From: Atractiella rhizophila
Taxonomy: Eukaryota
Assembly (NCBI GenBank): GCA_021432655.1
Contig: MU271432.1
Coordinates: 1-35,901, forward strand
Direction: 5' to 3'
Length of the DNA stretch: 35,901 nucleotides
The notes under the pieces were generated by a model. It saw only the letters and a program-made list of their open reading frames with translations. It ran no database searches and was not told where the DNA came from. Below are positions 11,300 to 26,631 of the stretch, one piece after another (the first letter of the stretch is position 1; every line of letters begins with the position of its first letter). Both the position numbers and the translations under genes were made by a program.

Positions 11300-11838
11300 T
11301 TTTTTGCAAGGATTCTCATCTCTCAAACAAGCAAAAGCACAGTTTTGATAAATCCGATCGACCCCGAACATATTCTTTATACAATACCATTGTGCGATGA
11401 AGTCTGGAAAAAAGCGACCTGCGTTGGAGGAACTTTCAAGTTGCTGCCTGCGACTTTGCGATACGAGGTGCGATATGAGACCTTTCCCGCTCAATGTCTC
11501 TTGCATGTAAGATGCTTGCAATTATTTTTCACGGAGACAAAATCTCAGAATGGCAAATTCCTGTTGTCCGACTCTGGATTGTTGCAGCTACCTGTATCAT
11601 CATGGCATTTGCAGTACAATTGTCTGTCTTCACCGGTATAGCTTTGGGACAAAATACCGCTCATTATCACCATTACTCGAAGCCTCAGTTCAGTTGGAAA
11701 TTTGTTCTCCAAATGCCGTTCTTCCTCCGCAACATGAACAACTCGGGCTATTACATGAGCATTTGTCATCCAAATTGGAAGATCGAGAATCCTGCGGTGG
11801 CACCATGGACAAACACATTGAGAAAAAGTCCACTCTGA
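11300..11838 (+). pseudogene. possible F-box-like gene or fragment
   Basis: Removing a GTGCGA...TAAG intron (about 11468-11511) joins LLPATLRYE to MLAIIFH...RLWIVAATCIIMAFAVQLSVFTGIAL, an F-box-like spacing. No clean start found. Confidence 0.3.
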
Positions 11839-12169
11839 CGATGATCTGACGGTTCTCAACTCTGGTCCTGAATTGTTTAGGGCTGGTGTGGGTGGACAGA
11901 TTAGAATGGTTGAGTTGATAGGCCGAATGACGCGCGTCTCCCGATTCTTTCAACTCGGGGAGCGCGGGAACAATACCTCAGATCGGGGTGGGCCACTGCT
12001 TTATTGTTGGCCTGCCCTCGCCTTTCCCGCTCAGACCGGTAACGCCAGAAGGTTTACAGCGGCGTATAAAGCTACATGTTCACTCTTATCGCCTGCGTTG
12101 CCCCAACTTCTCCACGTTTCACGTTGAGACTTCAGACGAATTCAGACGATCTGCAAAGGAATCGTCAAC

Positions 12170-14767
12170 ATGGCTGACATCAAGAAACGGAACTCGACAG
12201 AGACCCTCACGTCCCCTAATGCCAACAAGGAGAAGAAGCTGGAGAAGGAAGACACGGTTGTAGGCTCGCGTCCTTCGAGCATGATTGCACCCGGGAAGAA
12301 GGAGGAGAAGAAGGTTGGTCAACTGGAGGCATTTGCGGAGGTGCGGGATGAAGATTTTGAGGTGGACAGCAAAGTCAGCATCATATTTTCGGCTCCCGTC
12401 TCTGCGTCAGTTGCTAAAGCAGAATACAGTTCCTCATTACATTTTTCGGTTTGGCGGCTGCTACGTTTTTGGCGGGCCTTGACCAAACCATCATTGTAAG
12501 CTTGTCAATTTATATGGAACCTCACCAGCTGACAACCATCTCAGGCGCCAGCGATACCGGTTATTTCGAATGATTTCAAGACAATCTCAGATGTAGGATG
12601 GTGGATCTCTGCTTACTTCAGTTCGTTTCCAAAGGTCCTATACAAAAGGAGTCTAACAGCAAGACAGTGACTTCGACCTCCCTGCAACCTCTTTACGGTC
12701 GCTTATACTCCTTTTGGTCTCTGAAATGGGTGTATTTGAGGTAAATTTTAGCTTGAGGGAATCCATTCGAGCTGATCTAGACGGAGTTAGCGCGATTACA
12801 ATCTTCGAGGTGGGATCCTTGATATGCGCTTTAGCAAACGATTCGAAGACATTCATTGTTGGACGAGCCATTGGTGAGCGCAATCGTCTCAGGCTATCAG
12901 ATTACTGAAGCATTTAGAAAGCTGGTGTGGGGGTCGCTGGTGGATATATTGGAGGACTGACGATCCTGGCGGCTTCGCTTCCCGTTTCAAAGCAAGCACT
13001 CTTTTCAGCTTTAATCGGTGCTGCATTTGGTGCCGGAGGGTAGGCATGATCTCGTTTTGTAAGAGACAAGGAACTGAGTGTGACATCAGTATCGCTGGCC
13101 CTTTGCTTGGAGGTGCGTAGAATTGTTTAGTTACTATATCATCTCAACACTCTGCACTAGGGGTGTTTACATCGTCAGTCACCTGGAGGTGGTGCTTCTG
13201 GATTAAGTAATCGGCTTCTCTTTGAATCTCTTCGTATTCTAAGCGGAGGGTGCAGTCTGCCCATTGGAATCCCCACCATCATTGCTATCGCATTCCTCTT
13301 CAGCCCACCGCAAAGAACAAACACTCTGACACTCAAAGAGAAGGCTCTGAGGATCGACTGGTACGATCTGATCCATAGGGAAGACTCTTTCTTATGAAAG
13401 AACAGGGTAGGAACGGGATTGGTTCTCGCTTCCATCACGTGCATTCTCCTCGCTCTCCAATGGGGTGGACTACAGTACGGCTGGTCAAACTCCAAGATCA
13501 TTGGTCTGTTGATCGGATTTGGTTTGATCGGAATCACCTTCGTCGTAGTCCAATATTTTATTGGAGAGAATGCCACTCTTCCGCTTCGCCTCCTGCTGAC
13601 GGTTGGGGCTCTTCCACTTTCGCAAATGTCCACTGATCTTTGAGCAGAGAACCGTCGGTCTGGCTGCAATATCGAACTTTTGTATCGGTGCTTCCTATTT
13701 CACGCTTGCTTACTTCGTTAGTGGATTTGCTGACGTTTAAGCTGAAAGTACTAACAGCCCTGGAAAGGTCCCAATTTATTTTCAAACCATTAAGGGCAGC
13801 TCGTATATCTGGTCTTCTTTGGTTTAGTCACCTATTTGACAGCATGCTGTAGTGCGATCCACTCAGGAATTCAAGCTCTGCCTTTGATCCTTTCAGCCAT
13901 CATCGCGGTCATGTTTGCTGGTGGTTTGGTTCCTGTTGTTGGCAAGCCATTTCCTGATAGGACACGTGTTACGCATTAACCATCGATTATAGGGTATTCA
14001 AACCCTTTTATTATCCTCGGGTTTGTTTCAACAGTCTTATCTGCACTGCCAGTCTAAGTGGCTGGATGGCTTTAGTTCCATTCTCGCTGTTGTCGGATCA
14101 GCCATGGTCTATACGTGGGGAGTCGGGACTGGTAAGTATCCATTATGTATAGGCTAGGAGTAAACTGACTTTCAGATCGGTAGGTTCTGACAAGTGGATT
14201 GGATATCAAGTGCTGGCGGGACTTGGTGTCGGGTTGGCGTTCATGGTGCCAGTGAACATTGTCCAGGCTGCTTACACGGGTATATCTTCATCCTTTCGAA
14301 GTGTGGCGAAACTGACGGCCTGTATTGTAAGGCACGAGAGATGTTGAGATTGTAACGGCCATTACAATCTTCTTCCAAACACTCGGGGGTTGCTTTTTCG
14401 TTTCAATCAGTGAGGGCTTTCAAATATGAAGGGCAGTCGCTAACACCTCTCAGGTCAATCCATCTACCAAAACTTTCTCTTGAACAACTTGATTGCCTCC
14501 GTCCCTCCAGATCAAGTAGGCCCGATCATCGCCAACGGGCTATCAGCCTTCAGGAAGTTTGTTCCACCCGAGCTATTGCCCGTAGTTGTTGAGGCAGCAA
14601 TGTGCGCTTCTACGAGTTCCATGATAATAGCAACTGATTTTCTTTGTAGGGATGCTCTCAAGAAAGCCTTCATCCCTCCCATAGCCCTATCCGCATGTCT
14701 TGCACTTGTGGCTCCACTTCTTCCTTGGAACAGCGTGAAGGGGCAACAGGTGTCGGTGGCTGCTTGA
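12170..14767 (+). CDS. MFS drug/toxin efflux pump, DHA2 (14-TM) type, about 18 introns
   Basis: [20 protein letters not shown]...[89 protein letters not shown]. Confidence 0.92.
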
Positions 14768-15040
14768 TCTGGCTTGCCCTGATGTGCAAGGTGCAAGATG
14801 AGGTCCTAACGTTACGATGTATACATGGTGCGATAGATTACCCAATGTTTACGATGTATGTATTACGGTGCTCGTAAAGCAATGTATTTTTTTTTCTCAG
14901 ACTGGCACTCCTTCGCACTGCCTCAATTTCAGAGAAACAACAGAACCTCACGTTTCACCACAGAGCTATACAACAATCCAAACATCTCAGGCTTAGGCAG
15001 AATCTATCTCTTCTAAGAAGCTGACATGGAATCAATACCT

Positions 15041-18249
<3,209 letters not shown>

Positions 18250-18476
18250 GGGTTAAGTGACTGTGCATTGGGTTGGGTTTTGTGTAGCATCAAAATGGAG
18301 AGAAAGAAAAACAGACCTGTTATAAATCAGCTTGAATACAAATGAAATGTGCTTCTATCAAATTATCTGGGACTACCTGCAATTTGAGCTCTCCCTCAGT
18401 TGAATTGAATTCATTGTACATTCCATTCCAGTAATATTCTATAGTCCTTCGTATCCCACATTGCCATCATTTATGA

Positions 18477-20328
18477 TCACGTCCGAACATACCTGTCCCA
18501 TCATTAGCCTTGCTGTGTATAGGACAACTATCTCAACAGAACACATACGTTGCATCGATCTGCTTCACCTGGGGAAGCATCAACATCACCTTCCTCCGAT
18601 ACGCCGAGCCTTCCTCCCTCTGCAGTGGGTTTCCCTCAAGGTAGATGGTTGATAAGTTGGGGTTATGTTCCTGGGAGAGAGGGAGGGAATCGAGAGAAGA
18701 CAATTTGTTATCGTTTGCCTGCCCGATCGCATACGATACGTCAGTGAAGGAAGTCGCGGCACTGCGAAGAGGGACAGACCCAAAAGTCCTCTAATTCTGT
18801 GAGATGGGAGAGAGGGGCGATGGTAGCAATTTTATTCGCGGCACAGTCTAAAATCGTGAGTTTTTTCTACGTCCCTTTCAGTCTCCACCAAGATGAACCA
18901 ATAGGTCGCACTCACGTTCTCCTCTAGTCCATCAAGGACTGTCAACCCATTATGACTCAAATACAACTCCTCTAACTTCGTCAGCGTCCTCAGTGTCTCT
19001 CCTATCTCCGTGAGGCGATTACTTTGCACAGAAAGTGTCTTGAGATTGACCAATTCCTCCAATCCGGCTAAAGAAGTAATCTTGTTTTTCCCTAGCCAAA
19101 GCATGGTCAGCGTTGGAGCCAATGGCGATAGGTTTTCAATTTTCCGTAAGCGGTTGCCGCCTAATTCGAGGTATGTGAGGGAGGAGAAGGAGGAGAGATT
19201 CTCGACGCGGGAGATCTTGTTTTGGACAAAGTAGAGGTGGGTGAGTGTTTGCCGGAGGGATGATTGGGAGAGATGGCCATTTATCTTTTTGATCAGATTA
19301 AAGGAGAGGTCGAGACTCCTGTTCTCACCACTCATTAGCAAAATTCGAAATCTGAAAATCAGCAAGGGAGACCAACGTAAGTTTTGGGAGGTCATCCAGT
19401 CCTCCGATTTCCTTTATTTTGTTGTCATATAGATCGATTTCCTCCAACTCCGGCAGATTGGATAGAGGCGCCAGGGGTTTGTCATCTTCTCCTTCGGAAA
19501 GGACGAGTGTAGGAATCTCATTTTGGCGTAAACAGATCCTCTATGGCTGGACTGAGGATAGCAATCAAATAGAAGGGAGCATTACGTACTTTCAGCTTGG
19601 TGAAGGGACGGAAATCTAAACCCTTGAGAGTCTTGATTCGTGCATGGGTGAGCTCAAGGTCTTCACTGTCTAGAGGAACTCCAGCAAGTACGTGATCTGA
19701 GGTCTCTGCCGATCCGCATACAAATTACCACACCTGCATCATTTAATCCAAAACCACTCACCAACATCACCATTTTCGACCTCGGAAACGCGTTTCTGAT
19801 CCTCAAACGCCCTCTCGTCCAACAATTTTTCCTTCCCTTCGCCCTCAGCCCCAGAATCTTCGCTGTCTTCCTCGTCCTCCTTCCGCCCTGCGGCTGGTCG
19901 TTCAGAAGTTGTAACATTCCCCTGAAGGGACGGAAATCTAAACCCTTGAGAGTCTTGATTCGTGCATGGGTGAGCTCAAGGTCTTCACTGTCTAGAGGAA
20001 CTCCAGCAAGTACGTGATCTGATGTCTCTGCCGATCCGCATACAAATCACCACACCTGTGTTGTCTAATCGAAAACCCACTCACCAACATCCCCATTTTC
20101 GACCTCGGAAACGCGTTTCTGATCCTCAAACGCCCTCTCGTCCAACAATTTTTCCTTCCCTTCGCCCTCAGCCCCAGAATCTTCGCTGTCTTCCTCATCC
20201 TTGTTCCGCCCTGTCGCAGGTCGTTCAGAAGTGGTAACATTCCCTTGAACTGTTACCGCGCCGAGTCTAATTGCTCCACTTGCGCTGGATTCTGCAATTG
20301 GTTCGTTTACACCGTTTACGCTAGACAT
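18477..20328 (-). CDS. SDS22: protein phosphatase 1 regulatory subunit 7 (SDS22-type LRR protein), carrying an internal tandem duplication
   Basis: DLELTHARIK, ICLRQNEI, LDLYDNKI, LDLSFNLIKKI, LYFVQNKI, LELGGNRLRKIENL, LWLGKNKI, LSVQSNRL, LYLSHNG, YLEGNP, and terminal KQIDATYVRT*. Confidence 0.92.
19601..20245. repeat. two-copy tandem duplication, units 19601-19922 and 19923-20245
   Basis: Direct alignment by eye: first 100 nt identical, then scattered substitutions and a 1-nt intronic indel; TGAA microhomology at the junction. Confidence 0.97.
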
Positions 20329-21708
20329 AACTGACAAGGCGCGTTATAGATCTGTCTAGGCAGGGTCTATGCAAGTGCGTTTCTGCTGGTTTCTGGTTTC
20401 CGAAATGAATGAGGAGTAAGATCCTTGTTGAGTCAGGATGAGATCAGATCATTTTCCGTCCGCTTTACTGCGTAAGAACAACAAAACAACATCCACACCC
20501 GCGATATTTTTTGAGAGACTCTCAATGACATCCCTTCCACGCTTTCAGCCGTTTATCGATGCCTGACTATCCTGATGCAGATGTTCCATCAGTACAGGCA
20601 CGCAACCTCCTGCAATGTTGTTAGCAGAAGGAATAATGTGGCAAGTTTGAACTGATGGGATTTAGGAACAAAGGAATGGTCAATGTCACCGTTGTTGCTG
20701 TCGAGGTGAGCTATGTTTGGTCAGGTCGGGAGAATGGTTGTAATGTCTGCCTTTTCCTTTTCGAGTCCTGTAAAATTTTTACATTCTAAAGCCATTACCG
20801 CACTTCAGACTTCACTTGTTTAACGATTGAGGAAATGCTCTCCAACACTCTGGTTCAGGGACTTTTACTCTATCCCTGTTCCTCATTTTATGAGTAGCTA
20901 GATGAAAGAGCGCCTTATAGACACCGTCCAATCTGCCTCTTTCGGCCTGGTGGTTATCACGGTCATTTAAGGTGTACATTTAAGGTGTACATCGTACTTT
21001 TGCGTCTGTAGGCTCCTATGTAGAATGTTGGGCCACATAAAATGATACTACAATCTGAACTTGTGCCTCATGAATGTTTGGACATAATGAGGTGAATACA
21101 TCTCTGCGATTCTCTCCCTCGTCCTCCCCGCCTTACTTGTAAGGACCTGGCAAGAGCTTTCATTCCACGTACTTTCGCCCCCGTCGCACCTCAAGGCCAA
21201 TGCCGTCAATAGGTTTATTTCAAGTCGCAGATAAAAAGTACAATTTTTACAGCCAGGATTCAACTTGGTTGGGTTAGATATGGGAGAAACTACGAATCCA
21301 CTGAGTTTACTGGGCAGCGATTCTCTGGCTTTCTACCCCCCATCGGAGGAAAATGGATCGAATCCAGCTATGAGCCAGTTGAAATTGACTCCAATAAACC
21401 ATTTCAGTGTTCTTCTCGTAGCTAGACGTTATCTCACTGTTCTGCGTAGAGTCAATATCATACCAATTATGGTTATCGATATCGAAGTGCAGGTATATCT
21501 TATTTTACTATTGTGTAATTCAAGCTCAGGCTATATAAAGTCTAGGGTCCGTCAACCTGCGTGAATGTGGTTAAGATCTGCGAAAAAAGAAAACTTTAGT
21601 CCATAGAGTGCAAAATGAGGCGATTAATGCAAGAAGAGAGCTATATGGAACAAAAACAATGACAACGTAAAGCAACGAAGACTAAGAAAGGCTCGAACAG
21701 TCCAGTGT

Positions 21709-22806
21709 CTAGAATGGCCACAGATTTTTAAAGAAATTGACCGTCAGTCCTGCAGCACGGCCCAAATTGTAAGCGAACTCGTCCATGAAATTTGAAACCC
21801 CAGCCTCTTCCAAATCCTCCCTATGACGGAAACCAAATTTGCCTCCAGCCATTAAGGCGTCTTGGTATCCATGCGTCGAGTCGCGTTTCGGACGAACGTT
21901 ACCTGCAGCGTTTGGATCGGCAGGGTTCTTCTCATTCAGTGGTTTGCCTGATTCGGAACCCGTCTTCTGGTGCTTTCGCTTCTTCTTCTTGTGCCGTCGT
22001 CGACGGCGCCTCATTCTTTCCGAACTACAAAACTCGAATCAGTTATGTGGCTTGCAAAGAAAAAAGACACGAACCAAGCACAGAAGATGATGAAGAGAAG
22101 GAGAAGGAGACCTCCTATCCCTCCTACGACTCCTCCAACAATAGCCCCAGTCGAAGGGCCATTGTCTTCTGAGATACTCCCATTTCCTGCGCCACCTGAT
22201 GTTCCGCCTCCACCGCCCCCTCCTCCATCTCCATTTCCTCCTGAGCCGCCCCCTGAACTTCCTCCACCAGCTCCACCTCCAGTTTCGGAAGGGGATGCCG
22301 TGCCACTACCTGATATTGTCGTCGTTGGAACGGTCATGGAGTTCGTGATGGTATTGAAAGTCGCAGAATCGGTTGGAAAACCAGTTCTGCAAGATAGTTC
22401 CCTCAACCGCTACTCATAAAAAAATATGGCCACTTACCCAAAGCTACTACTCCCATTGCCTCCGCCGCCAGCCCCTCCAGTTACAGTCGTGCCACCGTTA
22501 TCATCTCCAGTTTGAGTTCCACCACCACCTCCTCCAACACCTGTGACAGTACCCCCGCCAACGCCTCCATTTGTGCTCCCTGAACCACCAGAACCTCCGT
22601 TCGTGCTCCCTGAACTTCCAGCGCTACCACCTCCGTCCCCATCTCCACCACCACTTCCTGAACCACTTCCAGCTGTTTGAGAAGGATCATAAGTTGCTAC
22701 AAGTAAAAGGTCAGCGTTCTTCTCTTAAAGAGAAGAGAGACGTGCTCGACGTTGTCGTGTGCCACCAATGTTCATTCGGCTCGTGTGCTATTGCAGCGGG
22801 TGGCAT
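21709..22806 (-). CDS. Gly/Ser/Thr-rich single-pass membrane protein (Mid2-like TM segment)
   Basis: Gly-rich exons, TM GAIVGGVVGGIGGLLLLLFIIFCA, then after an intron SERMRRRRRRHKKKKRKH...KNLWPF*. The start at 22806 requires a GC-AG first intron. Confidence 0.7.
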
Positions 22807-23122
22807 TTCTCGTTATTCTCGTTGGTACAGACGTAAGGGTATCGTGTAAAGGGAATCTAGCGGCCGTAACGCCTTGTGTGGCTTTGTCGTTGATGATTCT
22901 TGTTACTTTGGGAGTAGACAATCAATCAACATGGATAAACGTCATTTTGGCGTCCCTGAGATTAGGTTACATTTTCAAGATTGTTGTCCTTGTTTGGTAT
23001 TTTCAAATAGAATTTCATAAAGTAACCAGCAATCAACAACTATCCAGTTGTGCTACTAGCAGGCATTATTTTCCTGACCAACATATTCACAGCTAACCTG
23101 CCCGTCATAAAGGATCACCAAA

Positions 23123-24625
23123 ATGGCTACTGTGTTCCCAGAATTTACTCTCAACGACGGTCGCAAGATTCCGAGCATCGCTTTTGGTTCGTTGTTCCCT
23201 TTCCAGATCCAGCAAATACTGACCAGCGCGATATTTAAAGGAACCTGGACGTCAGGTGACAGAGCTGCTGGAGAAGTCCTGACAGCAGTGGACAAGTTTG
23301 ACTTCTATCACATTGACACTGCTCAGGTAAGCATGTGTATCATGGCATGCTCCATTTGCAATGCTCAATGCACTATAGGTCTATAGGAACGAGGTCTGCA
23401 GCTTTTTATTGATGAGGAGCAATGCTGAGATTATGGAGTAGAATGGTGTAGGAAAGGCGGTCAAAGAGTCCAAAGTGGATAGGGACAGCCTTTGGATTAC
23501 GTCGAAGTTCAGCGGTCTCAAATCATTTGACGACTCTCTCTCCGACTCCCTCTCCTTTGTGCGTCATTCTGGAGCTTAAAGTTCCTTTACGAATTTCTCT
23601 ACAGATTGGAACTGACCACCTCGATCTCTACCTGATTCACCACCCTCGCGTTGCTGCCAGGGAAGGAGGAATCCAAGCGGCTTGGAAAAAGATGGAGGAG
23701 GCGCAAGCTGCTGGGAAGTCGAAGGTGCGATGGTTCGCTTTCAAGGCGTCATATCGCATGCTGACCGCATCAACTTCTCGTGTGCACAGAGCATCGGCGT
23801 ATCTAACTTTGGCATTTCCGACCTGGAGGAGTTGTTCAAAACGTCCACCGTCAAGCCAGCGGTGAACCAGGTTCGATAAAATTCTTCCATTCGTCCTACG
23901 CATCCCAATTACTTTCTCCAGATCCTGCTGCACCCTTACGTGTATGCTCAACAAAAGCCACTGCTCGAGTATTTGGCCAAACATAAGATAATCGCTGAAG
24001 CCTACTCCGCGCTGAACCCCATCACTCGAATCCCTCGTGGTGGACCGCTGGATGCGGTCCTCGCCAAATTGACGAAGAAGCACGACGCGTCAGAGGATCA
24101 AATCCTTCTCGCCTGGGTCAAAGCTGTACGCTCTCCTTCCTCAATTCTTTTTACTTCAACGAGAAAACAACCTGATAAACGTATGATGTATCATGTTAAT
24201 AGAAAGGCGCGGTCATCGTCACGACCAGCTCGAAGGAGAGCAGGCTCGCTGGATACATTAAAGTCAACGACATTAACTTGACAGAAGAGGATGTCGCTGC
24301 TATCGATGAAGCCGGAAGCAAGGGATGGCCTTTACAAAATAAACTGGAATGTGAGCCATCCTCTTGTTTACTCTTACGTCGACGCTGAACAATTCAACAG
24401 TGAGCAAGGAAGAAGAAGCGTTTGGCGTCCGTAAGTCAATTCTCGATCAATCTTAGGGAGTGCATTGCTGATCTGTTGTCGATAGCGCCTGCGTATATGG
24501 AGGAGGAAGTGCCGCAGCTTGATGCTTACGCTGGCCTCAAGAGAGCGGCGAGAGCTCTCACTGTCGGAGCTGCGGTCAGCTTCTTGATCTGGACGTTGGG
24601 AGGGAAGGGATGCGGAAGCGCATAG
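23123..24625 (+). CDS. aldo/keto reductase with hydrophobic C-terminal extension
   Basis: FTLNDGRKIPSIAFG, HIDTAQ-VYRNE (catalytic Tyr on a 15-nt exon, 23379-23393), WITSKF, DLYLIHHP, SIGVSNF, PAVNQ, QILLAW. Confidence 0.93.
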
Positions 24626-24955
24626 ACAAGCGCGACGACTCAGTTGTTGAGCGGCCTAAAGTGTTGTTGAAGTAGTTCCTTAAATAGGTCGAGTGCAATC
24701 AAAACAGATTCGACGTTCATGATAAGGAAAGTTGAGTTCGAAACAATCAATGCAGCTGAACAGAATATGAACATTCCAAGCCCAGTCCATATGCACGACG
24801 AGAACTAATCAAAAGATAATGGAATAAGGAGAAAACTATGCAAGGGTGCCAAGCCTAAGGTCTGTGATGAAACTCGTTAAAGGGTCCGTGACGCTGGCAA
24901 CAAGCTCTAGAGGAGGATATGAAAAGAAAATTTGTACAGAATGCTACGACCCTCC

Positions 24956-25862
24956 TTAAAGAATGAGGAATGCCATTCCAGCTACACCTGCGAGCGCCGC
25001 AACTTGGTTTCGCAAACCTGTGCTTTGTGCATCAGCCTTCTCTGCGGACAAGGTAGGAATCAGCATACCAGGAGTTAAGGACATAGCGGAGTCAACAAAG
25101 ACGTTTGGAGCCTTGCTTTGCGGTCCCCCCAAGGACGTCGTGGTTGAGGGAGACGACGTCGTCGTCCTATTTGCAGACAGAAATGCATCAACGCCACAAT
25201 CAGGATCCATAAGGAGAGGAACCCACGAATCCGAAGTAGTAGTCGTGGTCGTACTGTCAGTAGTTGACGTCGTAGTAGATTGCGTCGTAGTTGAGCTCGA
25301 CGTAGTTGACGAGGTGGAAGAGGTGGTAGTAGCCGCGGTTCCCAGGCCAGCGTTGGCATTTGGACAAGCCGCTGTTGTCGCACTACGCGATGTCGAAATC
25401 ACCACAGACACGATATAGACAGAACAAAGCTTACACCGTAGTCGCTGCAACGACCACAGTCCTAAAGGAAAAGTCGAGAACATCCGTCAGTTCTTCTGTC
25501 CCTATCCAATGCCAAGACACAAGCGAAATAAGACGAACTCACCCCGAGCTCTCAGTAGCACCAGCAAAATCAGTAACCACAAAACTAATCTCCGTTCCCT
25601 CCTCAGCAATATCGTCAATCCAAGGCACCATTCCAGGAGCAGCGATGGTGAAACTCTCGAGAGGAGTTCCAACAGCGGTCGCACCCTGATAGACCGCAAA
25701 GGTGTAAGGAGGGGTTCCACCAGCAATCACTATTTCCGCCGAAGCGATGCAGATTTCGATAGCTGACGGGGTTGTGATCGTGAGCGGGTCCCCAGTTGCG
25801 ACTTGAGCGCGGGCGAGGAGGGGAAGTTGGAGGAGGAGAACTGGAAGCAGGGAAAAGATCAT
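24956..25862 (-). CDS. secreted Ser/Thr-rich GPI-anchored protein (family member 1, divergent)
   Basis: Signal peptide; TITTPSAIEIC...GGTPPYTF...W...GTEISFVVTDFAG; Thr/Ser tract; tail VAALAGVAGMAFLIL*. Confidence 0.8.
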
Positions 25863-26631
25863 CGTGGCTGCAAGACGTGTGTAGTCGATCGAAGGAATAC
25901 GTTAGAGATCAAAACAAAGCCAGAGTTGTTCCCAGCAAGAATAGAATGAGGTCGTCGAACGGATGAGCTCAATGTAAGCTCAAGCTCCTGGGTTCTTTCG
26001 GTGGGCGAGTAAAGCCGAAACACACGTGAGCGTATTCTTATTTTCCCTTGTCCAAGCTGGCTCAAAGAGTTTCTTCCTTTCTTTCTGTTCTCACATTGGA
26101 AAGACTTTAGAGAATGACATTCATACGTAAACACAACTCCACAGGGGACCGTGAACTAAACTGATCGATCATTGTTCAGTCTCGCCCAACAATTCAAGGT
26201 TCAATGCGCAACCAAGTGAAGATAGATGAAAAGGAAGATGGATTGTTGAGGTGTTCAGCATCATAAGAGGAGACAGTGGAGGTTTCGTCCCGAGTAGGAG
26301 AAAGTCATATATTCAGAACAACAACCGCCAAATGGAGCTTCACACAACAAAATCCAATAAGTAACTTGCGTGAAGCAAACCAAAAGAGTGAGAACGCAAT
26401 CGAGAAAGGTGTAGAAAAATCAATTAAGAAGTTAGCTACGGATGGGAGGGAAAATAGGCCGAGGAAGCGACCAGAAAATTCACTTCCTGCGGAAAAGTCC
26501 GATCGACAAAGCAGAATCAAATAAGTCCTTCTGCGTCTATCAGTGCTTCAGCTTGTCCAGTATCAAAGATGACAGAAAAATTGATCCAGTTGACGTCCCA
26601 ATGTCAAGCAGTCCGGAGTGACCTTGACCGC

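Noticed and set aside
21970..22419. Pro-rich plus-strand ORF, and similar antisense ORFs at 5358-5840 and 24963-25418
   Set aside because: Shadow frames of low-complexity genes on the opposite strand.
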